DNA of 64,000 nucleotides from Thermodesulfobacteriota bacterium (GCA_034189385.1 JAXHVD010000001.1:32001-96000); one strand, 5' to 3'; positions 17,832 through 28,140 are shown, counted from the first letter of the stretch. The notes: generated by a model not told the origin, from the letters alone. Numbers and translations are program-made.

Positions 17832-19268
17832 CTACTTGATTAGAACTTTTGCTCCACCCTTATGATTCAGCCTTCTACCATCCTTGAAATAGAGGAAAAC
17901 CAAGGTACCCAGGGCGATTGTGCCCAATCCGAACAATGAGGTTATTGGTTTGCTCTTAATGGAAAAGTAGACAATCCAGATGTTGCCTAAGATGAATAGA
18001 AGGGGGGTGATGGGGTATCCGAAGGTCTTATAGTCTCTTTTCAAGTAGGGCTGTTTCATCCTAAGAAGGATCATCCCTATAACGGTGAACATAGCGCACA
18101 GGGAAAGGGTGAAGCCGATGTACAGCAAGAGCTTGTCAAAAGTTGTGGTGAATGCCATTGCAATAGCTATACCTGCTTGCAGCAATATGGCGTACGCAGG
18201 CGTTTTGTGGAGTTGGTTGACCTTGCCAAAGAGCTCGAAGAAAACGCCGTCTTTTGCCATGGCATAATAGACCCTTGGCCCAGCCATGATCATGGCGCTT
18301 AAGACAGAGAGTAGACCCACAGCAATGGCCCCGCTAAAATATTTACTCATATGGTCTCCGAAGAGGGAAACGGCAGATGTTGCTCCCACTTCCAGCACAC
18401 CGGTCATCTCATTTGTCGGAAGGGCGTAAATGTAAACAACGTTCAAAAGCAGATAAAGACACATGACCACAAATGTCCCGGTGAGAAGGGCAAGTGGGAT
18501 ATTCCTGCCCGGCCTTTTGATCTCTCCGCCAAGGTAAGCAGCGGCGTTCCACCCACTATAGGCAAAGGAGATGAAGATCAAAGAGATAGCAAACTTGTCT
18601 TGAAAGACTGAGCCTATGTCCAGCCCTCCGGCGAAATGGGCTGTAGAGCCGCTGCCCAGAAAAAGCCCCGCCGCGATAAAGACGGCAATGAGCCCGATTT
18701 TGAAAACGGTCAGTATGTTTTGCACCCTGCTGCCCAGGAAGACACTATGGTAGTGTATGAGTGAAACAACAACGATCACGGATGCTGCCAGTATGGTGAT
18801 CGGCGATATGGTGAGAACATGGATTCCCAACAGGGGAACGCTGTAACCCGAAATGGGAACGGCTGGCAGTAGACGGAAGGAATAAGTGGCAAAGGCGATG
18901 GAGGCTGCGGCAATGGGGGCAGAAAAGCCTACGATCAAAGAGATCCAGCCAGATAGAAAGGCCACGCCTTTGCCGAAGCTTTCTCGCAAGAAGATATACT
19001 CCCCACCTGCTTTGGGAAACATGGCTCCAAGCTCCCCATAGCAAAGGGCTCCGGATAACGCGAAAATTCCCCCAACAAACCAGCAAAGCAGCATGGTCTG
19101 AGGATTGCCGAGTTCGGCTATAATGAAGCCGGAGGTGGTGAATATCCCCGTCCCCACCATGTTGGCAATGACCAAGATCGTTGCCGTAAAAAAACCGATC
19201 TCTCTTTTCAGGCGGTGGTTATTTAAAGTATTTTTCAAAGCTTCTCTTAGTAGCCGGGAACGACCCAA
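17832..19268 (-). CDS. APC-family amino acid permease (LAT/SteT-like); true start possibly TTG 19238
   Basis: ANMVGTGIFTTSG, YGELGAMFPKAGGEY, FAYSGWN, GPRVYYAMAKDG. Confidence 0.92.
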   Translation of the reverse strand: MGRSRLLREALKNTLNNHRLKREIGFFTATILVIANMVGTGIFTTSGFIIAELGNPQTMLLCWFVGGIFALSGALCYGELGAMFPKAGGEYIFLRESFGKGVAFLSGWISLIVGFSAPIAAASIAFATYSFRLLPAVPISGYSVPLLGIHVLTISPITILAASVIVVVSLIHYHSVFLGSRVQNILTVFKIGLIAVFIAAGLFLGSGSTAHFAGGLDIGSVFQDKFAISLIFISFAYSGWNAAAYLGGEIKRPGRNIPLALLTGTFVVMCLYLLLNVVYIYALPTNEMTGVLEVGATSAVSLFGDHMSKYFSGAIAVGLLSVLSAMIMAGPRVYYAMAKDGVFFELFGKVNQLHKTPAYAILLQAGIAIAMAFTTTFDKLLLYIGFTLSLCAMFTVIGMILLRMKQPYLKRDYKTFGYPITPLLFILGNIWIVYFSIKSKPITSLFGLGTIALGTLVFLYFKDGRRLNHKGGAKVLIK

Positions 19269-19296
19269 AACGCCAAGGCATGTTGAGCTGTCTCTT

Positions 19297-20280
19297 TCAT
19301 TGTTTGGTGAGGTCTAACCATTTGTAAGGGTTCGTCTCTGCTGTGGTCAATCTTTGCAGCATCTGGGGCGTTACGTCAAACTCTTTTACTACGCCTACGA
19401 AGGCATCGGGCCTTTCCAGGTAGGGGAGCATGCCCAACATGGTCTTCAGCTTGTCCATGTCCTTTCTTCTTGCCTTGTCCCAGTTGAAATCGAACACGAC
19501 GCCCTTTCCCTTGCCTTTCTTCTGGTTCCACACCACGAGAATTCCGGCGGGATTCTCAAATGCAATGTTCTTTTCTTGAGATTCTGTGAGCTTTTCCACA
19601 ATAAGGCTCTTCTTGCCTGCAGTGACGTCCAGGAGCATCTGCACGGCGTCTTCCTTGCAGAAGGCAGGGCTTGCGATCCAGGTATAGCGTTCTCCTTTTT
19701 TAAGGGGATATCTGTCCCTGATCACCTTGGCGATCATATATCCTGAGGAAACGCCCGCGCAGAGGTGATTGTGGAATTCGGCGCATTTCAATAGATCCTG
19801 CGGTGCACCGGAAGCCCAGGCGTGGGCAATAGTGCCAACAGTGAAGGCGTCTGGGGCAAGGGGACCGCCTACCTCCTTCCAAAACCCTGGCTTGGAAGTG
19901 ACCTCTAGGCCAAGGTCGTATTGCTGCGTCTGCACCTTATCCCCGTCGCAGTCTATCACAAAGCATTGTTTGTTCTCCTTGCGAAAGAGGGCTATTTTCA
20001 ACGGGTGGCACGTGGCCCTGTGGAAAAACAGAAGATTGCCCTTGCCAACCGAGCACCCAGTTTCTTCTTGGATCACATCGACATAGGCTTCCGATGTCTT
20101 CCCGTTGACCCTCACATAGGTGGCGTCCGTTATGGCGCAGAGCTCTGTGCTCCCCTTATCAGCCTTCAGCTCTTTGAGCCCTTTTTTTATAGCATCCCTG
20201 ACATTGGCGGCGTGCACATTGCTGCTGACAACTAAGCATAAGGTTGCGGCCACGGCGATGAGTCGGATTGTTCGATTCAT
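19297..20280 (-). CDS. Exported FmdE-family protein
   Basis: Signal peptide (...NVHA-A); AEFHNHLCAGVSSGY and CKEDAVQ FmdE metal-ligand motifs. Confidence 0.82.
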   Translation of the reverse strand: MNRTIRLIAVAATLCLVVSSNVHAANVRDAIKKGLKELKADKGSTELCAITDATYVRVNGKTSEAYVDVIQEETGCSVGKGNLLFFHRATCHPLKIALFRKENKQCFVIDCDGDKVQTQQYDLGLEVTSKPGFWKEVGGPLAPDAFTVGTIAHAWASGAPQDLLKCAEFHNHLCAGVSSGYMIAKVIRDRYPLKKGERYTWIASPAFCKEDAVQMLLDVTAGKKSLIVEKLTESQEKNIAFENPAGILVVWNQKKGKGKGVVFDFNWDKARRKDMDKLKTMLGMLPYLERPDAFVGVVKEFDVTPQMLQRLTTAETNPYKWLDLTKQ

Positions 20281-20299
20281 TTTAAATCCTCTATCGTCT

Positions 20300-21061
20300 C
20301 TAAAGACCAATCGTCAAAGATGCGCGATAGGAGTAATCATCACATTCGGCCTTGTCTGGATAAGACTCCTTGTGAGTGGTCGTGAACAGCCAGGGCCCCT
20401 TGGCAGTGAGCTTGATCTGGACAAGGCCATCGGCATTGGTCTCCGCCTCCTGAGCCCAGTGATGCTTCTCTTCTGTAAAGCCTTCGTAAACTGCGCTGAG
20501 GGTTGCACCTGAAAGGGGTTTTCCTTCAAACAGGACCTTTAGGGGCAAGGTGTCGCCGACTTTAAGATCGGCAGGCGATGTCATGGCCACGATTTCCAGT
20601 GGATTTTGAGTCCTCTCTGAGAGATCTGCCTTCTTATCCCCGACGGTGATGAGCGCTTTGGCGCTCATCCTAAAGGCAAAGCAGTAGGGCGCGTCGGGAA
20701 AGTCGTTCTTGTTACCGAGCTTGTGACCATCTGCGGTCCTGGAGACAAAACCGGGCTTGACTGCGGCAACGATCTCATAGGCCCCTTTGGTCTTGGGGGT
20801 AAACTTGTAAAAGGAAGGAAAGATCTGTTCAAGCGGCAATTCTTTTCCCTTCGGATCCAGGGCGTAGACGCGGTCAAGGCGGCCCTTTTTTAGGATCTCA
20901 TCGCGGGGATACTTGTGCCCGAATCCGAGCTCGATCCATATGGTCTCTCCTGCCTCGGGAGCATATTTGCTTGCATTGAGCCAAAACATATGCGCCTGGG
21001 CTGAAGCAGCTATCCAGACAGGTAATAAGGCCAGCGCCACAACAACGTACCATTTTCTCAT
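20300..21061 (-). CDS. DUF4198 (NikM-like) periplasmic protein
   Basis: AQA-HMFWL mature N-terminal His; GFGHKYP, PLEIV, KVLFEGKPL, TNADG, GPWL. Confidence 0.88.
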   Translation of the reverse strand: MRKWYVVVALALLPVWIAASAQAHMFWLNASKYAPEAGETIWIELGFGHKYPRDEILKKGRLDRVYALDPKGKELPLEQIFPSFYKFTPKTKGAYEIVAAVKPGFVSRTADGHKLGNKNDFPDAPYCFAFRMSAKALITVGDKKADLSERTQNPLEIVAMTSPADLKVGDTLPLKVLFEGKPLSGATLSAVYEGFTEEKHHWAQEAETNADGLVQIKLTAKGPWLFTTTHKESYPDKAECDDYSYRASLTIGL

Positions 21062-21199
21062 TTCCCTTTTCCTCCTTCTCTTTAACCTTGCTCAATCGTG
21101 TCTTTCTTTGAGCGGCCTGTCCATTAGATCTGCCCAGGCAGAGTAAACTCGAAGCCGAGGCCGCTGTCCAGCTTTTTCTTGACTGTTGGCTGACGGGCG

Positions 21200-22081
21200 C
21201 TAACTTGCGGTCTTGTAACGCTTCGTCAAAAAATCTCCCACATAGATCAGGTGTTCAAATGGCAGCTTGCCCCCCGTCTCCCTCACAATCGTGTCAAGGG
21301 TGCCGCAGACAACCTTTTCTTTGTCCTTATAACCGGCATAGAGCACAATGGCTATAGGCGTTTCAGGGGGATAGTGGGTTTTCAGTTTGTCCACGACCTT
21401 TTCCAAGTCCAGGAACATGGTAAAAAAGACCATGGTGGCCTGGTGACGAGAGAGTTCTTCAATGCTGTCAGGTCCGGCATATTCCTCCCGTCCAAAGGAG
21501 GCCGTCAGGATGACCGAATGGGCCTTGACTCCTCGCGTCACGCCCTTGACCAGAGCCGCGTTGGCGGCATTGAAACAGCTTATACCGGGAACAATCTGAG
21601 GATCCAGATCTTCAAAGGCCTCCGCATACCACATATTCGGGCCATAGATCGTAGGGTCTCCGCTGCAAAGCACAGACACCACCTTGCTTTCTTTCACTGC
21701 CGTGCGAACAATCTTTGTGATGTCGTCAAAGGCCTTCATCTTCTCTTCATAACGGAATCGTTTATTCCTTCTTGCCTCCTCAGGAGACTTGCCATAGATG
21801 GCAAATATTCCAAAACCGGGATCATGGATTTCCTTCCCCTGCAAAAGGTCGGGAAATTGGTCTGGTATTTCTTTTCTGCAAAAGATGATGTCCGATCCCT
21901 TGATCGTGCTGACTGCGCGCAAGGTGAGGTTATCTGCGTCGCCACTGCCCATGCTGACGAGATAAAGCCCCGACTTCAACGTAGCTGGCTTCTTGTCCGG
22001 GCCGCAACCGACGGTGAGCATCATGAGGAAAACTGCTAGGGTGGTGATACCTATCCAACTGTGAACAAGGAACCTGTGCAT
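21200..22081 (-). CDS. Tetrapyrrole (corrin/porphyrin) methylase homolog, CobM/CbiF-like, with lipoprotein signal
   Basis: LYLVSMGSGDADNLTLRA, LCSGDPTIYG, VPGISCFNAA, YPPETPIAIV, GTLDTI; hydrophobic N-terminus ending in TVG-C. Confidence 0.82.
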   Translation of the reverse strand: MHRFLVHSWIGITTLAVFLMMLTVGCGPDKKPATLKSGLYLVSMGSGDADNLTLRAVSTIKGSDIIFCRKEIPDQFPDLLQGKEIHDPGFGIFAIYGKSPEEARRNKRFRYEEKMKAFDDITKIVRTAVKESKVVSVLCSGDPTIYGPNMWYAEAFEDLDPQIVPGISCFNAANAALVKGVTRGVKAHSVILTASFGREEYAGPDSIEELSRHQATMVFFTMFLDLEKVVDKLKTHYPPETPIAIVLYAGYKDKEKVVCGTLDTIVRETGGKLPFEHLIYVGDFLTKRYKTAS

Positions 22082-22199
22082 TCAAGCCTCCTTTTTGGAA
22101 TTGTTTGCCCGGTCTCACGTGACCTGGTATCTCTGTTTTTTCACTATAGGTCGCCGAAGTTTAGATCCTGGCTGTGATCCGGTTTTCAAGAAGTGTGTA

Positions 22200-24263
22200 T
22201 CACAGCCTGACTTCGATCCCGCCGTAGAACATGCGATCCGGCATGGGATACTCGTAGTCTTCTTCGTAGTCCTCATCCAATATATTCTCGCAGCCCACAA
22301 AGAGATAGGCCGTGTCCTGGATAATAGGATAGGTAATGATGCCGTTAAGGAGGAAATAGCTATCCATTTTTCCCGTTGCAGCAGTGCTCAGGTCCGACTC
22401 CCCTAAAGGGACCTCCCGGGAATCCACCCATTTCAAGGTCAGCTTTGCCAGCAACCCGTTATCCCTGTGGTAGGCAATGCCAATATTGAATTTGTGATCG
22501 GGCAGCTCGCTGATCTCATCTGAGACATTGGTGAGATCCAGGATGTCGCCCTCCTTGTCACTGGTTTGAAAGGTGTAATTGGCAAATAGAGAGACATTGT
22601 CATGAATCTGTGATTCCAGGTCCAGCTCGAAGCCTGTCAGTTCAACATTGTCGATATTGTAGACCACGCGGCTTGGCTTGTAGCCGAAGATCCATCTTAA
22701 GTAATCATCAATATCATAGTAATAGACCTTCGCCGACAGGGTCGTGTTCCTGATGCCCTTATAAGTGGCTCCTATTTCGTACTGCATGGCGTCTTCAAAG
22801 GTGAGGCTTTTTCTGTCAGGCGGCTGGTATCCGTTGTAGTACCAGTAGTACTTGGGAAGGGTTGGGAAATTAACGGCCCTTGCCACAGTAACAAAGGTCT
22901 CAAGATCGGATGTGGGAAAATAGAAGAGGCCGAACTTGGGAGAGACGGGGGTGTCTTCTATCACCTCAGCGTCCTCGTCATCGTCGCCCTTGTAGTCGTC
23001 CACCCTAAGACCCAGGTAAATGTCCAGATTCGACAATGCAGACCAGCGGTCCTGGATGAAACCTGAGTTGACCTTGGAGAGTTCATGCTTGTCCCCGGAG
23101 TTCTCGAAGGTGCCCGAAAGGAAGGTTGTGTCCACATACTTGTAGGTCGTTCCTCCATAGCCCAGGTAATTCCCCTCGACCCCAGCCTTCAGGGCATGGT
23201 CTGACAGGATCTTTTCACTTTTGAGACTCCAGCCCCAGGAGTAGTCTGACGGACAGTCCCTCTCCAGGGCAAGATACCCCGTGGCACGCTCAGAGATGTA
23301 GTCCGTGCGGTCTTCATCGTTGAGGTAATACCGTGCCTGCCAGTCGACCCCCAGCAAGCTCTTTTCCACGAGAACGTCCCATTCATATCTCTCCTTCCAA
23401 TAATAGCTTTCATCTCCGTGGGTTGTGCCCCCCTTCCATCTAAAGCCTGGTCCCACAAGCCGGTCTCCGGTGCTTTCCGGGTAGTCGTTATCGTAATAGG
23501 GCGAATCCTTCTGGTTCTCAACAATCATGCCGTACTCTCCCTCGTTGTAGCGTAACCCTGCCTTGAGCTTACCGTCACCAGGTAAATAGTAAGTGAGAGA
23601 GAGGGAGGCATCTTTTCTCTCCAGAAAATTATTTCGGAGATACCCATCGCTTTCACGATAACCGCCGCCTGCCACCAATCCAAATTGCCCTATCCGTTTT
23701 GAAATCAATGCCTGGGTATCATAGGTATAATACTCTTTGGCCCCTGCTCCCAATACGACCTCCAGTTCTTCCGATGGCTCCTTGGGGACAATGTTCACCA
23801 CACCGCCCAGGGTATTGCCATATTCGGCTAAGGCGGCCCCTTTTATGACCTCAATGCTTTCCACATCCTGAAGGGAAAGCATGCTCCAGTCCACGAAGTA
23901 GCCTCCACGCACGCCTGCACCGGTCAGTGGCCTGCCGTCAAGGTTCACAACGTACCTGTGCTCATCTAGCCCTCGTATTTTCACCATAGACCCGTCGGGC
24001 GTGCCGAGGCTCTGCCTGCCGATGTCGATGCCGGACATGGTGTCCAGGACATCTACTGCCGTGGCACCGACCTGATAGGTGGATTCTTGAACAGGTACCT
24101 CCACTGTCAGCTCGTCCATCGCCTTGGGGGCAGTGACCACAATATGTTCTAGCTTGACAGGTTCTTCATCTCCATCCATTGTCTCTTCCGCCCAGCTCGT
24201 CTGGGCCAGGAGCAAAAACACCATTGCCACAAAGACAGAAACCAGTTTCAACCTCTTCATCAT
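22200..24263 (-). CDS. TonB-dependent receptor
   Basis: Signal peptide, TonB-box-like EHIVVTA, plug motifs IRGL...LDGRP and IEVIKGA...YGNTLGGVVNIV, C-terminal ENILDEDY...PDRMFYGGIEVRL; AGGAGG RBS. Confidence 0.95.
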   Translation of the reverse strand: MMKRLKLVSVFVAMVFLLLAQTSWAEETMDGDEEPVKLEHIVVTAPKAMDELTVEVPVQESTYQVGATAVDVLDTMSGIDIGRQSLGTPDGSMVKIRGLDEHRYVVNLDGRPLTGAGVRGGYFVDWSMLSLQDVESIEVIKGAALAEYGNTLGGVVNIVPKEPSEELEVVLGAGAKEYYTYDTQALISKRIGQFGLVAGGGYRESDGYLRNNFLERKDASLSLTYYLPGDGKLKAGLRYNEGEYGMIVENQKDSPYYDNDYPESTGDRLVGPGFRWKGGTTHGDESYYWKERYEWDVLVEKSLLGVDWQARYYLNDEDRTDYISERATGYLALERDCPSDYSWGWSLKSEKILSDHALKAGVEGNYLGYGGTTYKYVDTTFLSGTFENSGDKHELSKVNSGFIQDRWSALSNLDIYLGLRVDDYKGDDDEDAEVIEDTPVSPKFGLFYFPTSDLETFVTVARAVNFPTLPKYYWYYNGYQPPDRKSLTFEDAMQYEIGATYKGIRNTTLSAKVYYYDIDDYLRWIFGYKPSRVVYNIDNVELTGFELDLESQIHDNVSLFANYTFQTSDKEGDILDLTNVSDEISELPDHKFNIGIAYHRDNGLLAKLTLKWVDSREVPLGESDLSTAATGKMDSYFLLNGIITYPIIQDTAYLFVGCENILDEDYEEDYEYPMPDRMFYGGIEVRL

Positions 24264-24393
24264 TAACCTCCTGATTACCTCCTGACATCCTGCCCCTCGT
24301 CCAAGACCAGCGTGGCCCGCGTAGTAGCAGACAGTGCACAACAAACCATTTGAGGCCTCGCTCAGACCCACGTAGCTTCCTTTTGCTCTCTTC

Positions 24394-25080
24394 TTATGTG
24401 AGCTCAAAGACCATGGTGAGTTCCAGGGGTATCTCGCCCCTGAACAGTTGTCGAGGCGGTTTCGGGAAAGGGGCGGCATCTCGGACGGCCCTGAGGGCCG
24501 CGTCATCCAAGGCGCAACAGCCGGAGGCCTTGGCCAGCGTCAAGGCTTGGACTTCGCCTTTAGGGGTAATGACAAAGCGTATTACGACCTCTCCTTCTAT
24601 TTGTCGCAATCTTGCTGTGTCAGGGTATTGCTTATGTCTTTCTACCTGGAATCTTACCATGTCGAAGTAGCTACGGGAGGTTGCATAATCGACGGCATTC
24701 TGTGTCAAATCCACGGGGTCCCAACTGGCTACGTCCAACTTGGGCATGGCCGGAATATTCGGCGTGGCTATTGGTTCCACAAGACTTTCGGGCTCAGCCC
24801 TTTCAACCGGTTCCATTTTCGGGGGCTTCAGCCGGGGAATGACTGGCTGGGTGGCCTGCAATCTCTTTATGTCCTGCTGTTCAGGCGGTGTCTTGGGCCT
24901 GTGGCGCGGCCTGGGAATGCTTCTTGAGAAGGGTTTAGACAGGTCTTCAACGGTCAACTCAATGTAGCTCAGGGCATTTGACGTATAGATCCCCGATACG
25001 TGCAGAAAAAGGAGAAGATGTATACAAGCAGAAAAGCCGATCAGACTGCGAAGAAGCCAGTTTGGCTTTCTATTACTCAT
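24394..25080 (-). CDS. tonB: Energy transducer TonB
   Basis: N-terminal TM with SxxxH, Pro-rich linker, YPDTARLRQIEGEVVIRFVI...SG...LDDAALRAV..A.PFPKPP. Confidence 0.92.
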   Translation of the reverse strand: MSNRKPNWLLRSLIGFSACIHLLLFLHVSGIYTSNALSYIELTVEDLSKPFSRSIPRPRHRPKTPPEQQDIKRLQATQPVIPRLKPPKMEPVERAEPESLVEPIATPNIPAMPKLDVASWDPVDLTQNAVDYATSRSYFDMVRFQVERHKQYPDTARLRQIEGEVVIRFVITPKGEVQALTLAKASGCCALDDAALRAVRDAAPFPKPPRQLFRGEIPLELTMVFELT

Positions 25081-25089
25081 GGTTCACCT

Positions 25090-25497
25090 CTACAATTCCT
25101 TTTCAGTAGCCAGGCAAAGCCTCCCGGCCCCAGCGGCCTTGGCGATGTCCATCACCTTTACGGCCTTATTCAGGATGACCGCACGGTCAGCTCGAATAAC
25201 GACTAATTTGTCTTCCCGGTTTCTCATCATCTCCGTCAGCCGGTCAAAAAGGCTGCCAAGAGAGACTTCTTCGGCACCGAGGAAGGCCCTGCCTTGCTCA
25301 TCCACGTATACGGTAACCACTTCCTCGGTTTGAGGGGCAGCAGCCTTGGCCTGAGGCAGCTTGATCTTGATGCCCTCCTCCACCATAAAATTGGTGGTCA
25401 AGAGAAAGTAGATAAGAAGGAGAAAGACAATATCAATGAGCGACGTCAGGGGCACCTGCGGCGCAATACGGTTTCTGCGTTTAGGATGCACGAGCAT
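25090..25497 (-). CDS. exbD: Biopolymer transporter ExbD/TolR
   Basis: LTSLIDIVFLLLIYFLL; IRADR...VKVMD. Confidence 0.93.
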   Translation of the reverse strand: MLVHPKRRNRIAPQVPLTSLIDIVFLLLIYFLLTTNFMVEEGIKIKLPQAKAAAPQTEEVVTVYVDEQGRAFLGAEEVSLGSLFDRLTEMMRNREDKLVVIRADRAVILNKAVKVMDIAKAAGAGRLCLATEKEL

Positions 25498-26191
25498 GAT
25501 GACTTTCCTTCAGGGTTGGTTCTGTGCAGACAGGACGAACGACGCTCTTTGCCGGGCTCTGCTGGACATGTCCTGTGTGGTTTCCCGGCCGCTTGCCTAT
25601 GGCCTTGATGAAGGTCACGATCCCGTCGCGGAGTTGGGCCTCGTATCGGTCCACCCTGGAGACCAGGTAGCTATGGGCCACCATGGTGGGAAGGGCTACG
25701 GCCAGACCCAGGGCCGTGGTGAGCATGGCCTCCCAGATGCCTCCGGCAAGAACGGCTGCATTGACCTTGCCCCCCATTTGCTGAATCACCATGAATGCCT
25801 TGATCATGCCCAAAACGGTTCCCAAAAGACCCAAAAGCGGAGCGATGTTTCCAATGGTTGCCAGTGCTTGGAGGTACCGGGAGAGTCCTCTCACTTCCTC
25901 CTCTGTAGAGTGAACAATGACCGTCTCCAGGGTTTCACGGTCTTGATCCACCACCTCTATGGCGTGGGCCAAGATCCGGCCCATGGGAGACCCGCTTCCG
26001 CCTGCAAGTGTTAGTGCCTCCTTGTGCTCACCTTTCCTGATGTGGTGGGCGACATTTCTCACCAACCCAAAGCCTCGAATCTTGACCTTGGCAAAACGGA
26101 TAAGCCTTTCCAAAAAGATCGCCAGAGCGAGGACGGAACACGTTAAAATGGGCCCCACCAAGATGCCCCCTTTTGCGAGAAAGTCCATCAT
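25481..26191 (-). CDS. exbB: MotA/TolQ/ExbB proton channel
   Basis: APLLGLLGTVLGMIKAF; GIWEAMLTTALGLAVALP. Confidence 0.93.
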   Translation of the reverse strand: MMDFLAKGGILVGPILTCSVLALAIFLERLIRFAKVKIRGFGLVRNVAHHIRKGEHKEALTLAGGSGSPMGRILAHAIEVVDQDRETLETVIVHSTEEEVRGLSRYLQALATIGNIAPLLGLLGTVLGMIKAFMVIQQMGGKVNAAVLAGGIWEAMLTTALGLAVALPTMVAHSYLVSRVDRYEAQLRDGIVTFIKAIGKRPGNHTGHVQQSPAKSVVRPVCTEPTLKESHHARAS

Positions 26192-26251
26192 GTTGTTAAG
26201 CCTCCTGTATCCATAGTTCCATAGTAACGTTAGAACTTGAGATAAGCCCCT

Positions 26252-28075
26252 TTAGCCCTCTGCCGAGGTCTTTTCCTCCACAGCGGGCGTGTCCACCGTG
26301 TCTGGTTCCCCATCGAAATTCAGATCTCTTGACCGCTTTACCAGGGCCTCTGACTGGTCGTATTCCTCCCACAGATCTGGTTTCCCATCGCTGTTGGTAT
26401 CTTCCTCCACGCTGGTGAGGTTCCCCTTGTCGTAGTAATACCAAGTGTCCAGGCGGCCATCTCCGTCGGTATCCTTTTCCGCCCGGATCGCCTCTTGAGA
26501 GTCGTTGTAATGCCAGGTGATGGTCAGGCGCCCGGCCCCCTCGTCATCTTCCTCGCTCTTTGTAAGCTTGCCGTCAGCATCATATTGCTCTCTTAGGTTG
26601 AGGCATCCGTCACTGTCTTCATCGATCTCTCTTGACCGTAACGTCCCGTCCTGATAGCAGTAACGACCCTCAGGCTTGCCGTCACCATTGGCGTCCAGCT
26701 CGGTCACCATGGACCAGGGAGGTCTCTTGAACCACTGGGTGATCTCAAAGCGGCCGTCACCGTCTTTGTCTTGAATCAGTTTCTGTTTCTTACCCTTGTC
26801 GTAAAAGACTTTCAGGCTCACCCTCCCACCGCCTGTGGGGTCTCTCTCCATCCTCGCCAGCGCTCCCTCTTCATAGTACTCCCGGGTGTCGATGGTTCCA
26901 TTGAGGTCCGTGTCGCTTTCCACACGCTCCTTTTCGTGTTTGGCGTTAAAGTAGATGGTTACGTCCGGCCTCCCATCTTTATTGTTGTCCCGGCTCTGCA
27001 AGGCAGGCTGGCCGTTCTTAAAGAGGGTCGCGGTTTCTTTGAAGCCATCCCCGTCTCCGTCATGGACCATCTTGACGGGCTCCCCTTTGCTATAGGTCGT
27101 AATCCGGTCGATCTGGCCCGTATGGCTGGTGTCTTCCTCCATCTTTTCCGCATGGCCCTGGGCGTCAAAATGGATGAACACGTCCTTTCTGCCATCAAAA
27201 TTCGTATCCTTTTCCTGATAGGTGGGCTGTCCTGCATCAAAGCGGGTGATGACGTCAAATTGTCCGTCGCGATTTCCGTCTTTCTTCTGTTCAACCGGCT
27301 CCCCGCCATCAAACCGAGTGACAAGCTCAAACCTACTGTCCTGGTCGGCATCCTTTTTCTGCTCCCACAACTCGCCCTGGCGATAGAGGCGGACCACCTC
27401 CATCTTACCGTCTCGGTCCAGGTCGTGACGGCTCTCTTTGGCAAGGCCCTCTTGGTCAAAAAGGGTGACCTTCTCGACCTGGCCGTCGCCGTCTTCATCC
27501 CTACGACTTTCAACAGGTTTGTCATCTTGAAAGGTCTGCCAGACGTTGACTCTCCCATCGCCATCGGTATCTTTGGAAGAAAGGGAGAGACGGCCTTCCC
27601 GGAAAACGTAGACGGTGTCGAACTTGCCATCTTGTGTCGTGTCTTTTTGCACTTTCAAGGGACGCTCTTGTGCATCAAAGGATATGATCTGTTCTACCCG
27701 GCCGGTCTGGGCAGAGGCACGTTCGCGTCGGATTCTTTTACCGCTTTTGAAATAGTCCCAAGTATCTACCTTGGTGTCATGATCGGTGTCTGTTTCGATC
27801 CGTTTGATTTGATCGCCTTCGTAGTACTGCCAGCGGTCCATGACCTGGTCTGCATTGCCGTCAATCTCCAGCTTGACAAGGGTCCCCTCTTCGTCAAAAT
27901 GGGCGACCTGGTCTATCTTCCCGTCCCCATCGCTGTCCTGCTCCACGACCTTGACCTCCCCAAGGAGGGGTATAGGCCAAAGGACAATGGCCAAGGCACA
28001 GATGACCGTGCAGACAATCCCACAGTGTTTGACGTAACATCCTGTCATCGCTTCTTTTTTTCTGAATGGGTCCAT
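26252..28075 (-). CDS. Exported repeat protein with 23 tandem ~24-aa units carrying Dx[DN]xDG-like motifs
   Basis: N-terminal hydrophobic segment, then periodic units (e.g. DSDGDGKID, DTDGDGRVN, DKDGDGRFE, DTNSDGKPD), each followed by aromatic beta-strand-like residues. Confidence 0.85.
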   Translation of the reverse strand: MDPFRKKEAMTGCYVKHCGIVCTVICALAIVLWPIPLLGEVKVVEQDSDGDGKIDQVAHFDEEGTLVKLEIDGNADQVMDRWQYYEGDQIKRIETDTDHDTKVDTWDYFKSGKRIRRERASAQTGRVEQIISFDAQERPLKVQKDTTQDGKFDTVYVFREGRLSLSSKDTDGDGRVNVWQTFQDDKPVESRRDEDGDGQVEKVTLFDQEGLAKESRHDLDRDGKMEVVRLYRQGELWEQKKDADQDSRFELVTRFDGGEPVEQKKDGNRDGQFDVITRFDAGQPTYQEKDTNFDGRKDVFIHFDAQGHAEKMEEDTSHTGQIDRITTYSKGEPVKMVHDGDGDGFKETATLFKNGQPALQSRDNNKDGRPDVTIYFNAKHEKERVESDTDLNGTIDTREYYEEGALARMERDPTGGGRVSLKVFYDKGKKQKLIQDKDGDGRFEITQWFKRPPWSMVTELDANGDGKPEGRYCYQDGTLRSREIDEDSDGCLNLREQYDADGKLTKSEEDDEGAGRLTITWHYNDSQEAIRAEKDTDGDGRLDTWYYYDKGNLTSVEEDTNSDGKPDLWEEYDQSEALVKRSRDLNFDGEPDTVDTPAVEEKTSAEG

Positions 28076-28140
28076 ATTCCGCTCTTAGTACACGAGGCAC
28101 TTAACCCGCGTCTTGTGCGCACTTTGCCCCTTCCCCTACA

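Noticed and set aside
24264..24506. N-terminal extension of the TonB-dependent receptor, or a cobalamin riboswitch in the tonB-TBDR gap
   Set aside because: The extension overlaps tonB, and the RBS and signal peptide place the start at 24263; no B12-element motifs were recognised.
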